Source: Mobula hypostoma (taxonomy: Eukaryota). From it: a stretch of DNA of 64,000 nt. Positions 49,109-62,262 of the stretch are shown here, in pieces (position 1 is the first letter of the stretch; each line of letters opens with the position of its first letter). The translations under genes and the position numbers were made by a program. The stretch spans positions 158,288,001 through 158,352,000 of the forward strand of contig NC_086097.1 in the NCBI RefSeq assembly GCF_963921235.1, given 5' to 3'. The notes beneath the pieces are model-generated. The model saw only the letters and a program-made list of their open reading frames with translations, searched no databases and was not told the DNA's origin.

Positions 49109-52100
49109 GCGCCTCTTCCTATAGATGCTGCTTGGCCTGCTGCGTTCACCAGCAACTTTGATGTATGTTGCTTGAATTTCCAGCATCTGCAGAATTCCTG
49201 TTGTCTCCAAATTATTAATGTCTCTGTGATACTGTGTAAGTTCCTTCACCAAATTGACTGTGGCTTATAAAACAGGTGGCTCATTACTACTTTCTTGAAG
49301 CTGATTTGCAATGGCTAATAAATTTGGCCTTGCCAGCAATGCCTATTATGTAAATAACTAGGGTCCAGGGTAATTATAAAGAGGGACAGCACTGAAAGAG
49401 GTCCGCCCATACCTCTGTATTTGCACTGATCATCAACCATCATCTTTTACCCTATTACTATTTAACCTGTTTTAACCTTCCCACATTTCCAACAATTCCT
49501 CAGATACTGGAAGATAGTCAGCCAGTTAAACAAGCAAAATACATTATTAAACAAAATCATTTACAGAGGGACATCCAAGTTTCCCATAAGCATTTTGCAG
49601 TATATACCAATGACCCCATTACCTCCACCTGGAGTCAATTGATGTGGTACAAAGAGACTCTAAATGGAATCACATTTAATATTATTGGCATATGTCGTGC
49701 AACTTGTTAACTTTACAGCAGCAGCACAATGAAATGCATGATAAACAGAGAGAGAAAAAATGTTATATGAGGTATATATATGGCTATTAGTTACGTTAAA
49801 ATAAGTCGTGCAAAAAAAACGAAACATAGAAGTAGTGAGGTGGTGTTCATGGGTTCAATGTCCAGTTAGAAATCGGATGACAGAGGGGAAAGAGCTGTTC
49901 CTGAATCGCTGAGTAAGTGCTTTCAGGCTTCTGTACCTCCTTCTTGGTGGTAACAATGTCAAGAAGGCATGTCTTGGGTTGGGGAGGGGGGAATCCTTAA
50001 TGATGGACACCACCTTCCTAAGGCACCACTCCTCGTCTTAGATGCTACATGATGGAGCTGACTAATTTTACAAGTTTCTTCAACTTATTTCAATCTTGTG
50101 CAGTAGCCCCCCCCCCCCACCCCCCATACCAAATGATGGTGCAGCCAGTCAGGATGCTCTCCACGGTACAAATTATTCTTTATTCACATTCAACCTGCTA
50201 ATGTAGGCATGTGTGCCATTGACTTCTAACAACCTCACTTTTGATTTACTCTTCTTAGATTAAATCAGAAGACCATGGCTAGAACTTAAATGCTTCCTGT
50301 GTCCCAGGCTTATTTTGAGCTGGGGTGGTAGTCTTCCATGAGTTCTGAACTCGGGGGGGGGGGCCTACTTTTTGCATTATCTGTTCCCAGATTATTACTC
50401 CTACTGTCACTGACAGACTTTATTTTACACATTTTCTTCCATCTGCTTAAGGCTTTCATTCTTCTTATCCCTGCTCTGGGTTCTCACAGCTCTCAAGGTG
50501 TATATTCAAACTTCACTCATTTGACAAGACACGTCTGTTTCCTTTTCTCTTTTGCCATCTTTAATTTAGACTTAGGCCCAATCATGGTTGATTATGCTGA
50601 ACGATTAATTGATGTTTCAGAATTAGGTAAATAAGGACTCATCTGCATTCTAAAGATTGAAGGTCTAAAGATTAGCTTTATTTGTCAGTGTTCATTGAAA
50701 CATACAGCCAAAATGTGTCACTTGCATCAAATCAAAACACTGAGGGTTCTGCTGGGCAGCCTGCGAGTGTTGCAGCTCTTATGGCACCAACCAAGTATGC
50801 CTGTATCTCACTAAGCCAAGCTATACACCATTGGGGCATCTGAGGAAAGTGGAGGAAAGCCACACAGTCACAGGGAAAATATACAAACTCATTACAGACA
50901 GTGGCAGGAATCAAACCTAAATGTTACAGCTGGTCCTGTACAGCTAACTGCTACGCTACTATGCTGTCCCAGTCCAAAGAGTTCTTATCAATTGCGAGAA
51001 AACTTTAATTATAGAGGTGCCTGTTTGTGCTTTGCAATTCACCAGACTATCCTTTTCCAAACACATTTGTCTGCTCGTTTCCTACTCAGGACTCAGCGCA
51101 TCAGGTCTGCTCTGTCATTTAATTATGGTTGAATTTTTTTTTTCAATCCCATTCTCCCTGAAATCTTCAACTGAATTATTTCTCAAAAACCTATTAATCT
51201 CTGCCTTAAATACACCAGTGACTTGCTTCCATGGCCCATTGTGGCAATGAACTCCACAGCTTTACCACCCACTGCCCGAAGAAATTCCTCAGCTCAGTTT
51301 TAAAGTGATGAAAGTCATCTGTGGGTGAAGAGAATTGTTGATGTTCCAGGTCAAAACTGTGCATCAGGACTTGCTCCAAATTCTAGCATCTGTACTCTTT
51401 AATGTCTACAATAAACTGAAAGCTGTGAAACAGGAATTTAATAGGTGAAGACAGCTGCTTACCAAAAACAGTAACTGGGTTGACTTGAACGAACTGAGTT
51501 GACTGATTTTACATCGTGGCATCGCACCTCGATATCTCATTTGGACATGACGTTTCAATGTGGAGTGAGGTGATTTCAGTATGCAGTTCGCTTGTTCAGC
51601 TATAATACTCAACAAGCAACATGCTTAATGAAATCACTTCATTTAATCTTGAAGTAGTTATGTGTTAAGTATGATTCGAAGTATGACTGAAAGTACTATC
51701 ATTGAGATATGAAGATGACAAACATGAAAGAAGACACCAATGCCTTGAATTTCAACCTTTGGTAGCACCACACTTGCTATTGTTAACAAATGCTCATTGT
51801 ACTTGCTTTCCAGAATTTGTTCCAATTTGGTAAAATTTAGGGCACTATTTGGTATGTTCATTGCTGCCAATAATGGATGAATTTCAAAGCACAAGATTAG
51901 TGTGAAAGCGGAGCTGCTGCCTCTCAGCTCCAGCAGACCAGCTCAGTCCTGACTTTTGGTGCTGTGTCTGTGGGATCTATCTATTCTTAAAAGTTCTTCT
52001 TGGATGCTTTCTTCTATGCTTATGACACTCTCTGACTATTCTAAACTAACTTGGCTGGGGTCCAGAAAGCATGGTAGTGTTGAAATTGGTTTATTATTGC

Positions 52101-54551
52101 CTCATGTACCAAAGTACAGTGAAACGTTTGTCTTGTATACTATTCATACAGGTCAAACTATCACACAGTTCATTAAGGTAAAACAATGAAACTGCACAAT
52201 GAAGTGGTAAAACTACAGAAGTAGTACCATTCAGGTAAACGATAAAATGCAAGATCAGATTGTGAGGCCAAAAGTCCATCTTATTGTCCAGGTGGTCCAT
52301 TCAAAAGTCTGATAACAGCGGGATAGAAACTGTTGGTATGTGCTTTCAGGCTTTTGTATCTTCTGCCTGATGGGAGAGGAGAGAAGAGACAATTTCTGTG
52401 GTGGGTGGGGTCATTGATTATGCTGGCTGCTTTACTGAAGCAGTAAGAAGTATAGACAGAGGTGGATGCTGGTTTCTGTTATGTGTTGGGTTATGTCCAC
52501 AGCTGTCTTGTAGTGATGTACTGAGAATTCCCTCTGCTGCTTGTAAGGAGCTTTTACGCTTTCCCCATGACTGCGTGTGTTTCCTCCAGGTGCTCCGGTT
52601 TCCTCCCACAGTTCAAAGACATACTGGCTGGTAGGTTAATTAGTCATTGTAAATTGTCCTGTGATTAGGGTAAGATTAAATTGGACGATTGCTGGGTAGT
52701 GCCTGTTCTGTGCTATATCCCCAAAAATAAAATATACATATTTTTTTTAAGATACAGGGTAAACCAAGTCAGTCCATGGTTAGGTTAGGGAGCATGGAGG
52801 GCTTGCAGACTGAATCTTATTTACATTAACCTCAAATGTAAGATTAAAATATAGATTATCACTTGGAATTCTGATGTTTCTGAAATCATGGAAACATAAT
52901 AAATGGAAGGGCAGATTCAGCAGCTTAATGTTCAGGTATATAGGAGATTGAGATGTGACGGGGCTTTCAAAAGGAGATGGAATTACAGTACTGATTAAGA
53001 AGAACATAATACTCTAAGACAGTTCAGGAAATAGAATAACAGTTTTTTCTTGCAGAATTTATGTGTGGGGGGGGGAATAAATAATCGTTAAATGAGAAAG
53101 AAACAACAAACTTTGTCAATATTTATTTTTAGTCACTCATTACTTTGGGCCAGAAGACTTTGATATGACATCACCACATTGACTGAATCCAGTCCTGTCC
53201 AGAATGGATGTCAACTGTCCATTTCTCTTCATTGATGCTACCTGCTGAGATCCACCAGCTTTTTGTGTCTTGCTCCAGACTCCAGTATCTGCAGTCATAC
53301 GTGTCTCATTACCATTGAGCCTGTTCCGGTTGCAGAACCTGAGACTTCCTCTCAGACAGACCTTGCACGCATTAGATCTTTCCAAGTAGCCAATACCCAA
53401 GCTTTCAGCAGGGAAGTGCACATAATGAGGTCTGCTGAGGGAAAATGGAGTCCAAAGGCAGGCCTTTGGCAAGCCGTTCAGTGGAAGATCTCCAAGAGAG
53501 TATATCTGAGTGTTTGTATCAAGGTGCATTCAATGAATCATAATACAATTCATAGTGTAGGATATGTAAAAACTACGCAAAATGTTATCAATGTAGGAAA
53601 TTACATTGTGTTTTGTTCAGTGGTATAGTGACACTGTCTCCTGAAATAGCTAAATAGCCATATCAGTCTTCATTTTAACACCAGTATTAAAAATACATGA
53701 ACAAAACCATTTGCTAAGAATTCCTAGTGATACTGCTGTTATGCTAAACAGAATTGTTAATGATATCCTTTCATCATGGTGGAAAGGGAAATCTATATTT
53801 ATGCACTTGCAGAGTGAGTTTACAAAACAAAATTGGAACATTGACTTATTACGAGACAGGAAACTATAAAACAATTGAAATGATGAGTGGTGATAGTACA
53901 AGCAAAACAAAGGCATGCCTTAGAAATATTTTTCCATTGAAATCTCTTTCCTTTACAAAGCTTGTCTGACATTTACTACAGAATTCATTGAGCTTACCAC
54001 ATGTGACAAAATAATGTTGATGTTTTTCAAAGGTACGTTGCCCATTTTGTGCTTTCCCAGAGACAGTGGCATTTTTATTGAATAGGTATTTTAATTTTTT
54101 CACAGTATGATGAGTTCCTATTCCCATGTAATGTGAAAGTCAATCTGAACAGTTGTAAACTCCCCTAGGAACCATTCTCATATTAATACAAATAAGGAAA
54201 TGAACGCATGCACCTGCTATCTCCTGACAATTGCAACTAGCCCTAACAGCACATAATGTGCTCAATGCATACTGTATCTTCAGGTGAGCTCGACACCGAG
54301 ACTATTGTGTGGTTGAAATCACCAATTATAGTCTGCTCAATATTCTATGAAGGAATTAACCTCTACAATGCTCGTTTCATTTCAAAAGCAGGCAGAAAAA
54401 TACTGAAATGGTAAAATGAGACTGAGCAAAGCTCCAAAAGCCCTGAAAATACTGAAAAGACACATTTTGTTGGCCTTTATTTCAGAGCTCAAGCTGTTGA
54501 GGGAATCAAGATTTATTCCAGTGAGGAAGTGAATGGATTCAATGATCCAAG

Positions 54552-54837
54552 GCACCACATTAGCGTAGTGGTTAGCGTGACGCTATTATTGCTTGTAATG
54601 TTGGAGTTCGGAGTTCAATTCTAGTGCCATCTGTAAGGAATTTTTTATGTTCTCCCCATGTCTGTGTGGGTTTCCTCTGTGTGCTCCAGTATCCTCCCAC
54701 AGTCCAAAGATGGACTGGTTAGGAGGTTAATTGCTCATTGTAAGTAGTCCTGTGATGAGGCTCGGGTTATATAGGTTGGCAGCATGACTGTTTGGACCAG
54801 AAGAGTTTATCCTGTGCTGTATCTCCAAATAAATAAA
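54552..54837 (+). mobile_element. HE1/V-SINE-like SINE
   Basis: tagcgtagtgg A-box, gagttcaattc B-box, gtgggtttcctc..gtgctcc..cctcccacagtccaaaga core, (taaa)n tail. Confidence 0.8.
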
Positions 54838-57424
54838 TTGGTACCTGTTTTAAGGAAAGAATCAGGAACCTGTTTAATAACCTGAACAAACAAAACAAAA
54901 AAAAATGTGGATTGCTAAGAAAGTAAAGTGAAAATTAAAGAAAAAGGGTGTAAAATAAGAGAAAATTAAAAGATTTATGGAACAGATATGCATTCATGTA
55001 CTCCCTTTCATAATTTTAGGATTCCACAAAGCATTTTGCAGCTAATTAAATATTTTGACTTATAAAGAATGTAGTAGCCAAGTACTTTCACCTCAGTATT
55101 GGAGCCCTGCAGTGCAAACCTATTCTTTCACTAGCCATGCATTGCAGCTAGGTTTCTAGCTTTCCTTTGCAGATTTTCCTGTTTTGCGTTTAGTGAGTGC
55201 TCTCTGTGATGTGAACAGGATGCAGTGGATGTTTCCGAAAAGATGCTTTCCAAAAATGGATGACCCAAAGGGGTATAGATAAGGTAAAGACAAGCAGGCT
55301 CCCCCCACCCCCTTAGAATGGGTGAGATTAGAACAAGAGGTCATAGGTTTAGAGTGAAAAGTTAAGGAGAACCTGAAGAAGAACTATTTCACTCAGAGGA
55401 TGGTGAGAGTGTGCAATGAGCTGTTGGCAGAAGAGACAAAGACAATCTGACATTAGATAGATGGACAGGTGCATAGATAGGATGAGCTCGGAGAGATATT
55501 GGCCAAATGCATGCAAGTGAGGCAAGTGTAGATGGGCACCTTGATCAGCATGGATGAGTTTACTGAAGGGCTAATTTCTTTGCTGTATGTCTCTATGAGC
55601 CTACCTTCCATCTTGGAACATCTCAGCTAAAGTATGCTCATCTTTCAGTTGAGCATGAGCAGAAGAGCCGCTTTCTATGTTGTGCAACTTTATGGCATGC
55701 GCCTTGTCTCTTTTCTCCATCAGAAATTGCTTTCTTCCAACACTTGCAGAGTCCTCCTGTAGTGTCTGCTAAACATGTTTATATTTCACAATCTCTCAGT
55801 GGATGGGATTATGGGAATGTCTGCCTGCAAGGAGGTAGAGGTAGAGTAGGGAGGAACACAGCAGGATGGCTTGCTGGGATGAAGGTTGACAAGACTGAAG
55901 CTCTGAGCAGTCTCTTGTGATTCTGCTGATTGCAATTTCACCTTGAACATAATCTTCTTTAGCAGCTGCAACACTTCCTTTTATTGCCTGTCTCTTAAAC
56001 GTCTTGTACAATGAAAACATTGTTGAGATGTTAAACCATTGTCCACCTTTAAATATTCCTGCCAGTCAGAATCTCAAACAGTTTTGTGCTGCAGTAAGAA
56101 TTTGAATTTCTGTATTTCTTGGACTAGCTGCTTATTTGTAAAAATCTAGTCTCACAACTTTTTCAACAGAATGTTTTCCATTTATAAAAGGGGTATACTT
56201 TTTTTGTACTCCACTAACTCATTGTACGCTTCGGTGTCTGTCCTCTAGGGTAGCGGGGCAGCAGCTGTGTGTCGTTGTAGGGATTTCTGACCCGAGGCAG
56301 TGCCCGAACTCCGGGAGTTTGCTTGCCAGATGGGACGGCTTCATGCTCCTATAGTTCCACCACTTCTGTGCAGCTTGCCCTGCCAGCTTTCAGGTGGATG
56401 CAGAGTCAAGGAAGCACAGCCGTGGAAGTGCACTCAGCTGGGTAGCACTGACATCAAAGGGCTGGTCGAGCGTCTCCCGTGTCCTGGGCACTGTTCCTGT
56501 AGGTCTGTGTATTGTTAGGGCCTGCGACGGAATTGGCAGTGGGACCACTGTTCTTCTCATATTCTGGCAGGGAGATTGCAGGATGGCAACCGAGAGCCTT
56601 GGCTGTCACTGGCACATCAGGATAGTTCCCAGCACTGGCAACAAGACTTGACTTTTTCAATGGGCGTCAGAACAGATGGTGCCAGACATGTCACTCACTT
56701 CAAGAATGCTTGCGTGCTTTCAGTGCTGTGCTTCATGCATTGTGTGGCCCTTTATCACTTGTTGCTGTGCTGTGCAAGTATCAACCAATGACAAGTCCAG
56801 CACTCTGTGAAAAGCACCCTCATTTTGAATACAAGGTCAGTCCTCGTACAGCTACAAGTGGAGAGATAATTTCATCCTATTTTATGGGACTGCTTTTTTT
56901 TTTGTCCTTGGCATTCATGGCAGATTTCTCCATAAACTCTTCCTTGCAAGATGCAAAACTGTGAAGGGGTACTGTATCGGCTCCCTGAGGATCAGTTACC
57001 AAATGTAACTTCTTCTTCTAAAGGTATAGGGAGAGACAAACTGCTGAGCAAAATAAAGCTTGGATGTATGTGTATCAGTGGCCTTCAGCATTGCTTTCAT
57101 TGGAAGAGAGAGATCCTGATTTTTTTCCATCACTTGGACTACTGCTGGGATGGTGCATAAGAATTAAGGGAGGAGAGCAACTAACCCACATTGTGATTAT
57201 AAAAACTCTATTGGTCTCTCTCAGGTTCAATTGGTATTCACTCAAAGTTAGATCTAGAAACATATGGTCTAATTTAAATAACTGGAAATCAGATATGTTT
57301 AAGTTATAGAGAAGGGAAAGGAGTGAAGAGAACGTGGTAAGGGGGTAAATATCTGTGATAGGGAGGAGACCAAGAGAGAATAAATGACCTTAAAAGGTGG
57401 TGATGCGAACCAAGAGAGGTCCAT

Positions 57425-57720
57425 AAGATAAGATATAGGAACAGAAGCAAGCCGTTCAGCGCATCGAGTCTGCTGCACCACTCAATCATGGGCTGATTCA
57501 ATTCTTATAGTCATCCCCACTTCCTTGCCTTCTCCCCATACCCTTTGATGCCCTGGCTAATCAAGGATCTATCTCTCTCTGCCTTAAATGCACTCAATGA
57601 CTTGGCTCCCACAGCCACTCGTGGCAACAAATTCCATAGATTTATCACCCTCTGACTAAAGTAATTTCTCCACTAAATGGACCTCCTTCAATCCTGTAGT
57701 TGTGACCTCTTGTCCTAGAA
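57425..57720 (-). mobile_element. CR1 3' fragment
   Basis: Near-copy of 3630-3940. Confidence 0.8.
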
Positions 57721-57964
57721 AGGTCAGAGAAGGTTTCTGAATTAAATTGGTGAACTTATATATTATTGTCATGCGTACTGAGGTAGAACAGAAAAGCTGC
57801 TGTGCATACTATCCATCTATATTTCATCACATTAGCACATTGAGGTAACACGAGGGAAAAACAATAAGAGTATACGGAATATAGGGTTACAGTTACAGAG
57901 AAAGTACAGTGTGGCTAGGCAACAAGGTGCAAGGCCATGACAAGGAAGATTATAAGGTCAAGAG

Positions 57965-58200
57965 TGTAATGTTTTGTAACTCCAAACACTGAAGTAATTA
58001 AAAGAAAGACACGGGAGTCCAAAATGTGAGTTTAACTTCATGTTTACTCTAAGTGATGCACACACATATCACATGATGAATGCAATTCACTTATTTTTAC
58101 ATTTTACCCATAATGAATTATTTAACTGAACAAGAATGCTTAATCAAACAATATATTTACAATATTACTCAAACATCACTGAAATATTAAATACACAACA
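57965..58200. mobile_element. Probable short solo LTR
   Basis: TGT...ACA termini and it interrupts another repeat. No clean TSD. Confidence 0.45.
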
Positions 58201-61200
58201 AAGTGCCCATCTTAACACGTAGGGAATCTGTTCTTAGAGCTGGAGCAGTCTCAGAGAGCCAAATGGCCTAATATTTCTTTGGTCTCACGACCTTTTACAT
58301 TCAGAACTTAAAACAGCTAGTCAGCATGATACTGTTTTTCAAATCCATCACGTGCTTTACAGGTTCTTGGTTGGAACTATCCATGATTAAGTGATTCAGA
58401 CCTTATCAAGTACAACACTGCAGCATCATGACATAATCTGTTTTGTGTAGCGTATTGTCTGAAGTGTTTGAAAATATTGGATAGTCACCCTGCATGTCAC
58501 AGTTTAATGAACCTCATCTATGCCTTCATGACTTGCCAAACAGAGATCAACTCATTTTGTATTCTAAAATGCAAATTAGCTTCATTGGAGTCTGATTATT
58601 CCACACAATCAGTCCCTTGGTGAGGTCAAGATCACCAACTGATAGTATCAAAATAATACTCAGTGTTTACCAAATTACCTGTAAATCAGATTGTGCAGCA
58701 GCATGCTTGTGTGAATCAAGTGATCCAATTTAATTCAGAAAATAATAATTTAAATCCATGAATACTTGAAAACTCTGTAATTTTTGGAGTTTGAGGGGTG
58801 GATTATGTATATGTCTGATGGGCTAATGCATAGAGGGCTTGACAAGTATATTGGCATCATGTAGTACACACCTGGATGGCACTTCGAATCAAGCATAAAT
58901 AGACTGGAGTGTGTGCATTTGCCCATGCAAAAGCCAGCTTTCATAAAACCCATTTTGACAATTGAAAGGAAACACCCTGAGCATTCCCCAGCCTGATTCT
59001 GGAAACTAAACTTAGGAAGGTCCATTTAAGGGCAAAGATTTGCTTTCTTTTAGAACATACACACATCAATTGTCTCCATTCCAACTGCCAAGTCTATCCT
59101 TTGACTACTGGTCCTACCTTATCTGCCTACCCAGTGTTACTTACCCTTATCCCTCAACTATTCAGGCATTCTTCAAGAAGTAGACATAGCTTATCCCCTG
59201 ACTGCCAACCTTATGACCACCAATTCTACCATCAGGATCCCTGGCAGCTGATGTTTACCCGAACCCACCCAGTATTTGTCCTCCAAACCCACCCAGCAAC
59301 TGTCCTCCAATCATATCTTTTGTCCATCACCCTCCCACCTGTCCAGGAGTTACCTGAAGACCTCTTGGCTGTGATTGCTCAGCTAAACATGTTAAGAGTT
59401 GTCTTTGAATATGCAAGACCTGTTCCATAAGGGACTTGTGCACCATTAAATGCATCAGTGGTGAGCCCCTAACAAACTATCCAAACAATTTCTCATTAGA
59501 GTCCTGAAGAGTTTCTGGGCAACTCTCTCTTCAACAGAGGGGAGAGTGAACCAAGAACAAGATGTACCATTGATTAAAAGGAGAACAAAAAGCATTGCTT
59601 TCGCCAATTAAGGCTTTCTTTGGGTGCCTGTATAATGCCAAGGGAAGCGGCCAATGAGAAAGTGTTGCATCTGTTTAGATATATGCCACATAAATGTTAT
59701 CAAGTCAAATAAAGACCAGTTGAAGTATCCAGATGGTGCTGTGTTCATCAGTAATGATCCTTCCCTATAACTAATTTACAATTTAAATGTATTAAAACGC
59801 CTGCCTAATCCAATTACACCACTGTACATGCTCATTAATCTTCCCCTTTTCTGGTAATTTTACAAAGTATAATTTGCAAAGTGATCTTGCAACGCATTAG
59901 AAGAATTGTAATATCTAAAGATGTGCCACACCATCAGCATTCACAACAAACAATTAGATTATCTACAGGTGTTTCTGCAACTACTTCACTGAATGCAGTT
60001 TCTTGTGTTGTGCAGTAATCAGTGTTGAATATAAATAAGCTGTATGGGGGAGCTGATCTCTGAAAGACTGTAGTTTCTTTACTTTCTAATTACTCGTTTT
60101 TTGTTTCAATGCCTTGCCAGATGTGTGTAATCTTTTAGTAATTACTCTTTGCCTTACATAGTTTTAAATACTAGCAAAATGGCACCAAACACTTAAACAA
60201 CCATTATCAAATGTCCTTCCCACCACCTCCTCAACTAAGTAAGATTAAAGAGCTAGTATGTCTTAGATATAATATAAAAATAATTAGTGACATCACATTG
60301 AATAGAACAAAGCATGGACAATTTATCACTTATTCTTTTATCTTGGGAAGGTCTTTTTTGTTCTTCAAGAATGTGCTTAGAGTTAGCAACACCTCATATT
60401 CCGTTTGGGTAATCAATGTTGGGTAACCTCCAGAATTGTTTTCTCCAGCTTCTGGTGATTTCTTCATCCTCCCTCTTCTCTTCTTTACCATTTCCTTTTT
60501 TCTCTTACTCCTTTTCATCTCCTCATCTGCCTAACACCACTCTGTGGTACACCTCCTCCTACCCTTTCTCTCATGGTCTGCTCTCCTTTCCTATCAGATT
60601 CTTTCTCCGTCAGCCCTTTATTTGTCAGCTCTCAGCTTCTCACTTCATTTCCCTGCCAACCAACCCACCTTTCCCCTCACCTATCACCTTCCAGCTTGTA
60701 CTCCTTCTCCTCTCCCTACCTTCTTATTCTGGCTTCATCCTCCTTACTTTCCATGAAGGATAAAGTACCTTGGCCCAAAATGTTCCTTTCTGTAGATGCT
60801 GCCTGACCTGCTAAGTTCCTCCAGCATCTTGTGTGTTTTACTCTGGATTTCCAAGGTCTGAAGAATCTTTTGTGTTTATGATATGCTTAGATTTATGTGT
60901 TTCATTTAAGAGAAAGGGTGTCTTTGACTTGTACTTTAGAATTGGTCTTGGATTTATACAGGCTGCACAGATGATCTTTGGTGAAGGATCCCAGGATTCT
61001 GGAAATTGAAGACTTATCTCTTGGGCTCCTCAGCTAGAAAAGCCGGGTGAAATTCCATTGGATCACTGGGGAAAAGTGTGTCACTCAGCCATTATGTTTT
61101 TGAATACTTTTATTCATTAGTCTTAAATATGTTAAAAATTGGCAGGGGTGGGTGCTGAATGATCCTTGAAATGCTAAAAGGGGTACTAAAAGCTCCATCT

Positions 61201-61249
61201 ACCACAGTCGATGGATGGCCCACAAACCTATAAGATTGTGTGTGATGGA

Positions 61250-61931
61250 GTACAACCACAAGCTGGTTAATGCTTCCTGAGTGAACAGCATAACGTCAAA
61301 AAAAAAGCCTAGATGCCTTATCCCATCTGCCTCTGAGATGACTGTATTCGGGCAAGATGGTCGCTCACCTCTTTGTGGGCTGCAGGTTTATGAAAAGGGG
61401 TGGAGAAAGATGCAAGGGTCTGTGTGATTCTTCATCCTGAGCAGTTGATTGGCAGAGGACTGTCCAATCTACGGGCTATTCCAAGGGGTACACGTAGAGA
61501 CGGACATCGAGTGCTGTTGGAAGATCATCAACTTAGTGAAAGACGCCCTTTGATTTGCCCAAGACTGTTGGCCTCCCAGCATATCAAGATGTCTGTAGAG
61601 CAATGCTGCCATCTGGCACATTCTAGGTTGCAGGTGTACCTGCTGAGGGATGCATTGAAGCTTGGTGCAGCCACTGCAAGGGCTCTGTCGAGAAGGACCA
61701 GAGCATAGTGTTCTTCCACTACTGGATAGGGAGAGGCTGTACTGGGGGGAGGAAGGAGTGTACCACCTCACGGGGTCACACAAGTGGAAACAGTGATAGG
61801 GGATTTAAGAAATGTATTTGAACGCTACTTAATGCATTGTCTATGAATGTTAGAATGAAAATATTTTGCATGTTTTATTCTTGTAAACATTCTTTTATTA
61901 TGAACAAACTTTGTTTTAATTTTAAAAAAAA
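61250..61931 (+). mobile_element. Tx1/L1-group LINE 3' fragment
   Basis: CCHC-like remnant (HLFVGC), then IYGLFQGVHVETDIECCWKIINLVKDAL and CCHLAHSRLQVYLLRDALKLGAATARA. A-rich tail. Confidence 0.75.
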
Positions 61932-61964
61932 GATCTGTTGGCCCAACAACACAATGGTTTTAAT

Positions 61965-62262
61965 GTATTTATTTATTCTTTTATTGAGCTATAGTAAGGA
62001 ATAGGTCCTTCCGACTCTTTGAGCTGCACCACTCAGCAAACCCCAATTTAACACTGGTTTATTGACAGGGCAATTTACAGTGCCCAGTTAACCTACCCAC
62101 TGGTACATCTTTGGACTGTGGGAGAAAACCGCATCACTTGGAGGAAGCCCATGCGGTCACACGGAGAATGTACAAAATCGTTACAGGCAACAGCAGGAAA
62201 TGAACCCAGGTTGCTGGAACTGTAAAGAATTATGCTAACTACTACGTTACAATGCCACCCTC
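61965..62262 (-). mobile_element. HE1/V-SINE-like SINE
   Basis: Reverse complement has gggttcattt B-box-like and gggcttcctccaagtg..ggttttctcccacagtccaaagatg core. Confidence 0.75.

Larger units (their letters stand above)
46997..49202 (+). mobile_element. Young Penelope-like element, 5'-truncated, with an inverted copy of its 3' end at the 5' side
   Basis: Perfect 14-bp TSD GTCTCCAAATTATT (46983-46996, 49203-49216). Inverted arms at 46997-47419 and 48748-49171. Confidence 0.97.

Noticed and set aside
55640..55780. Faint Harbinger Myb/SANT-like pattern on the minus strand (RT..CWKK...KVAQHR)
   Set aside because: It needs a frameshift and the spacing is wrong. Too weak without an HMM hit.
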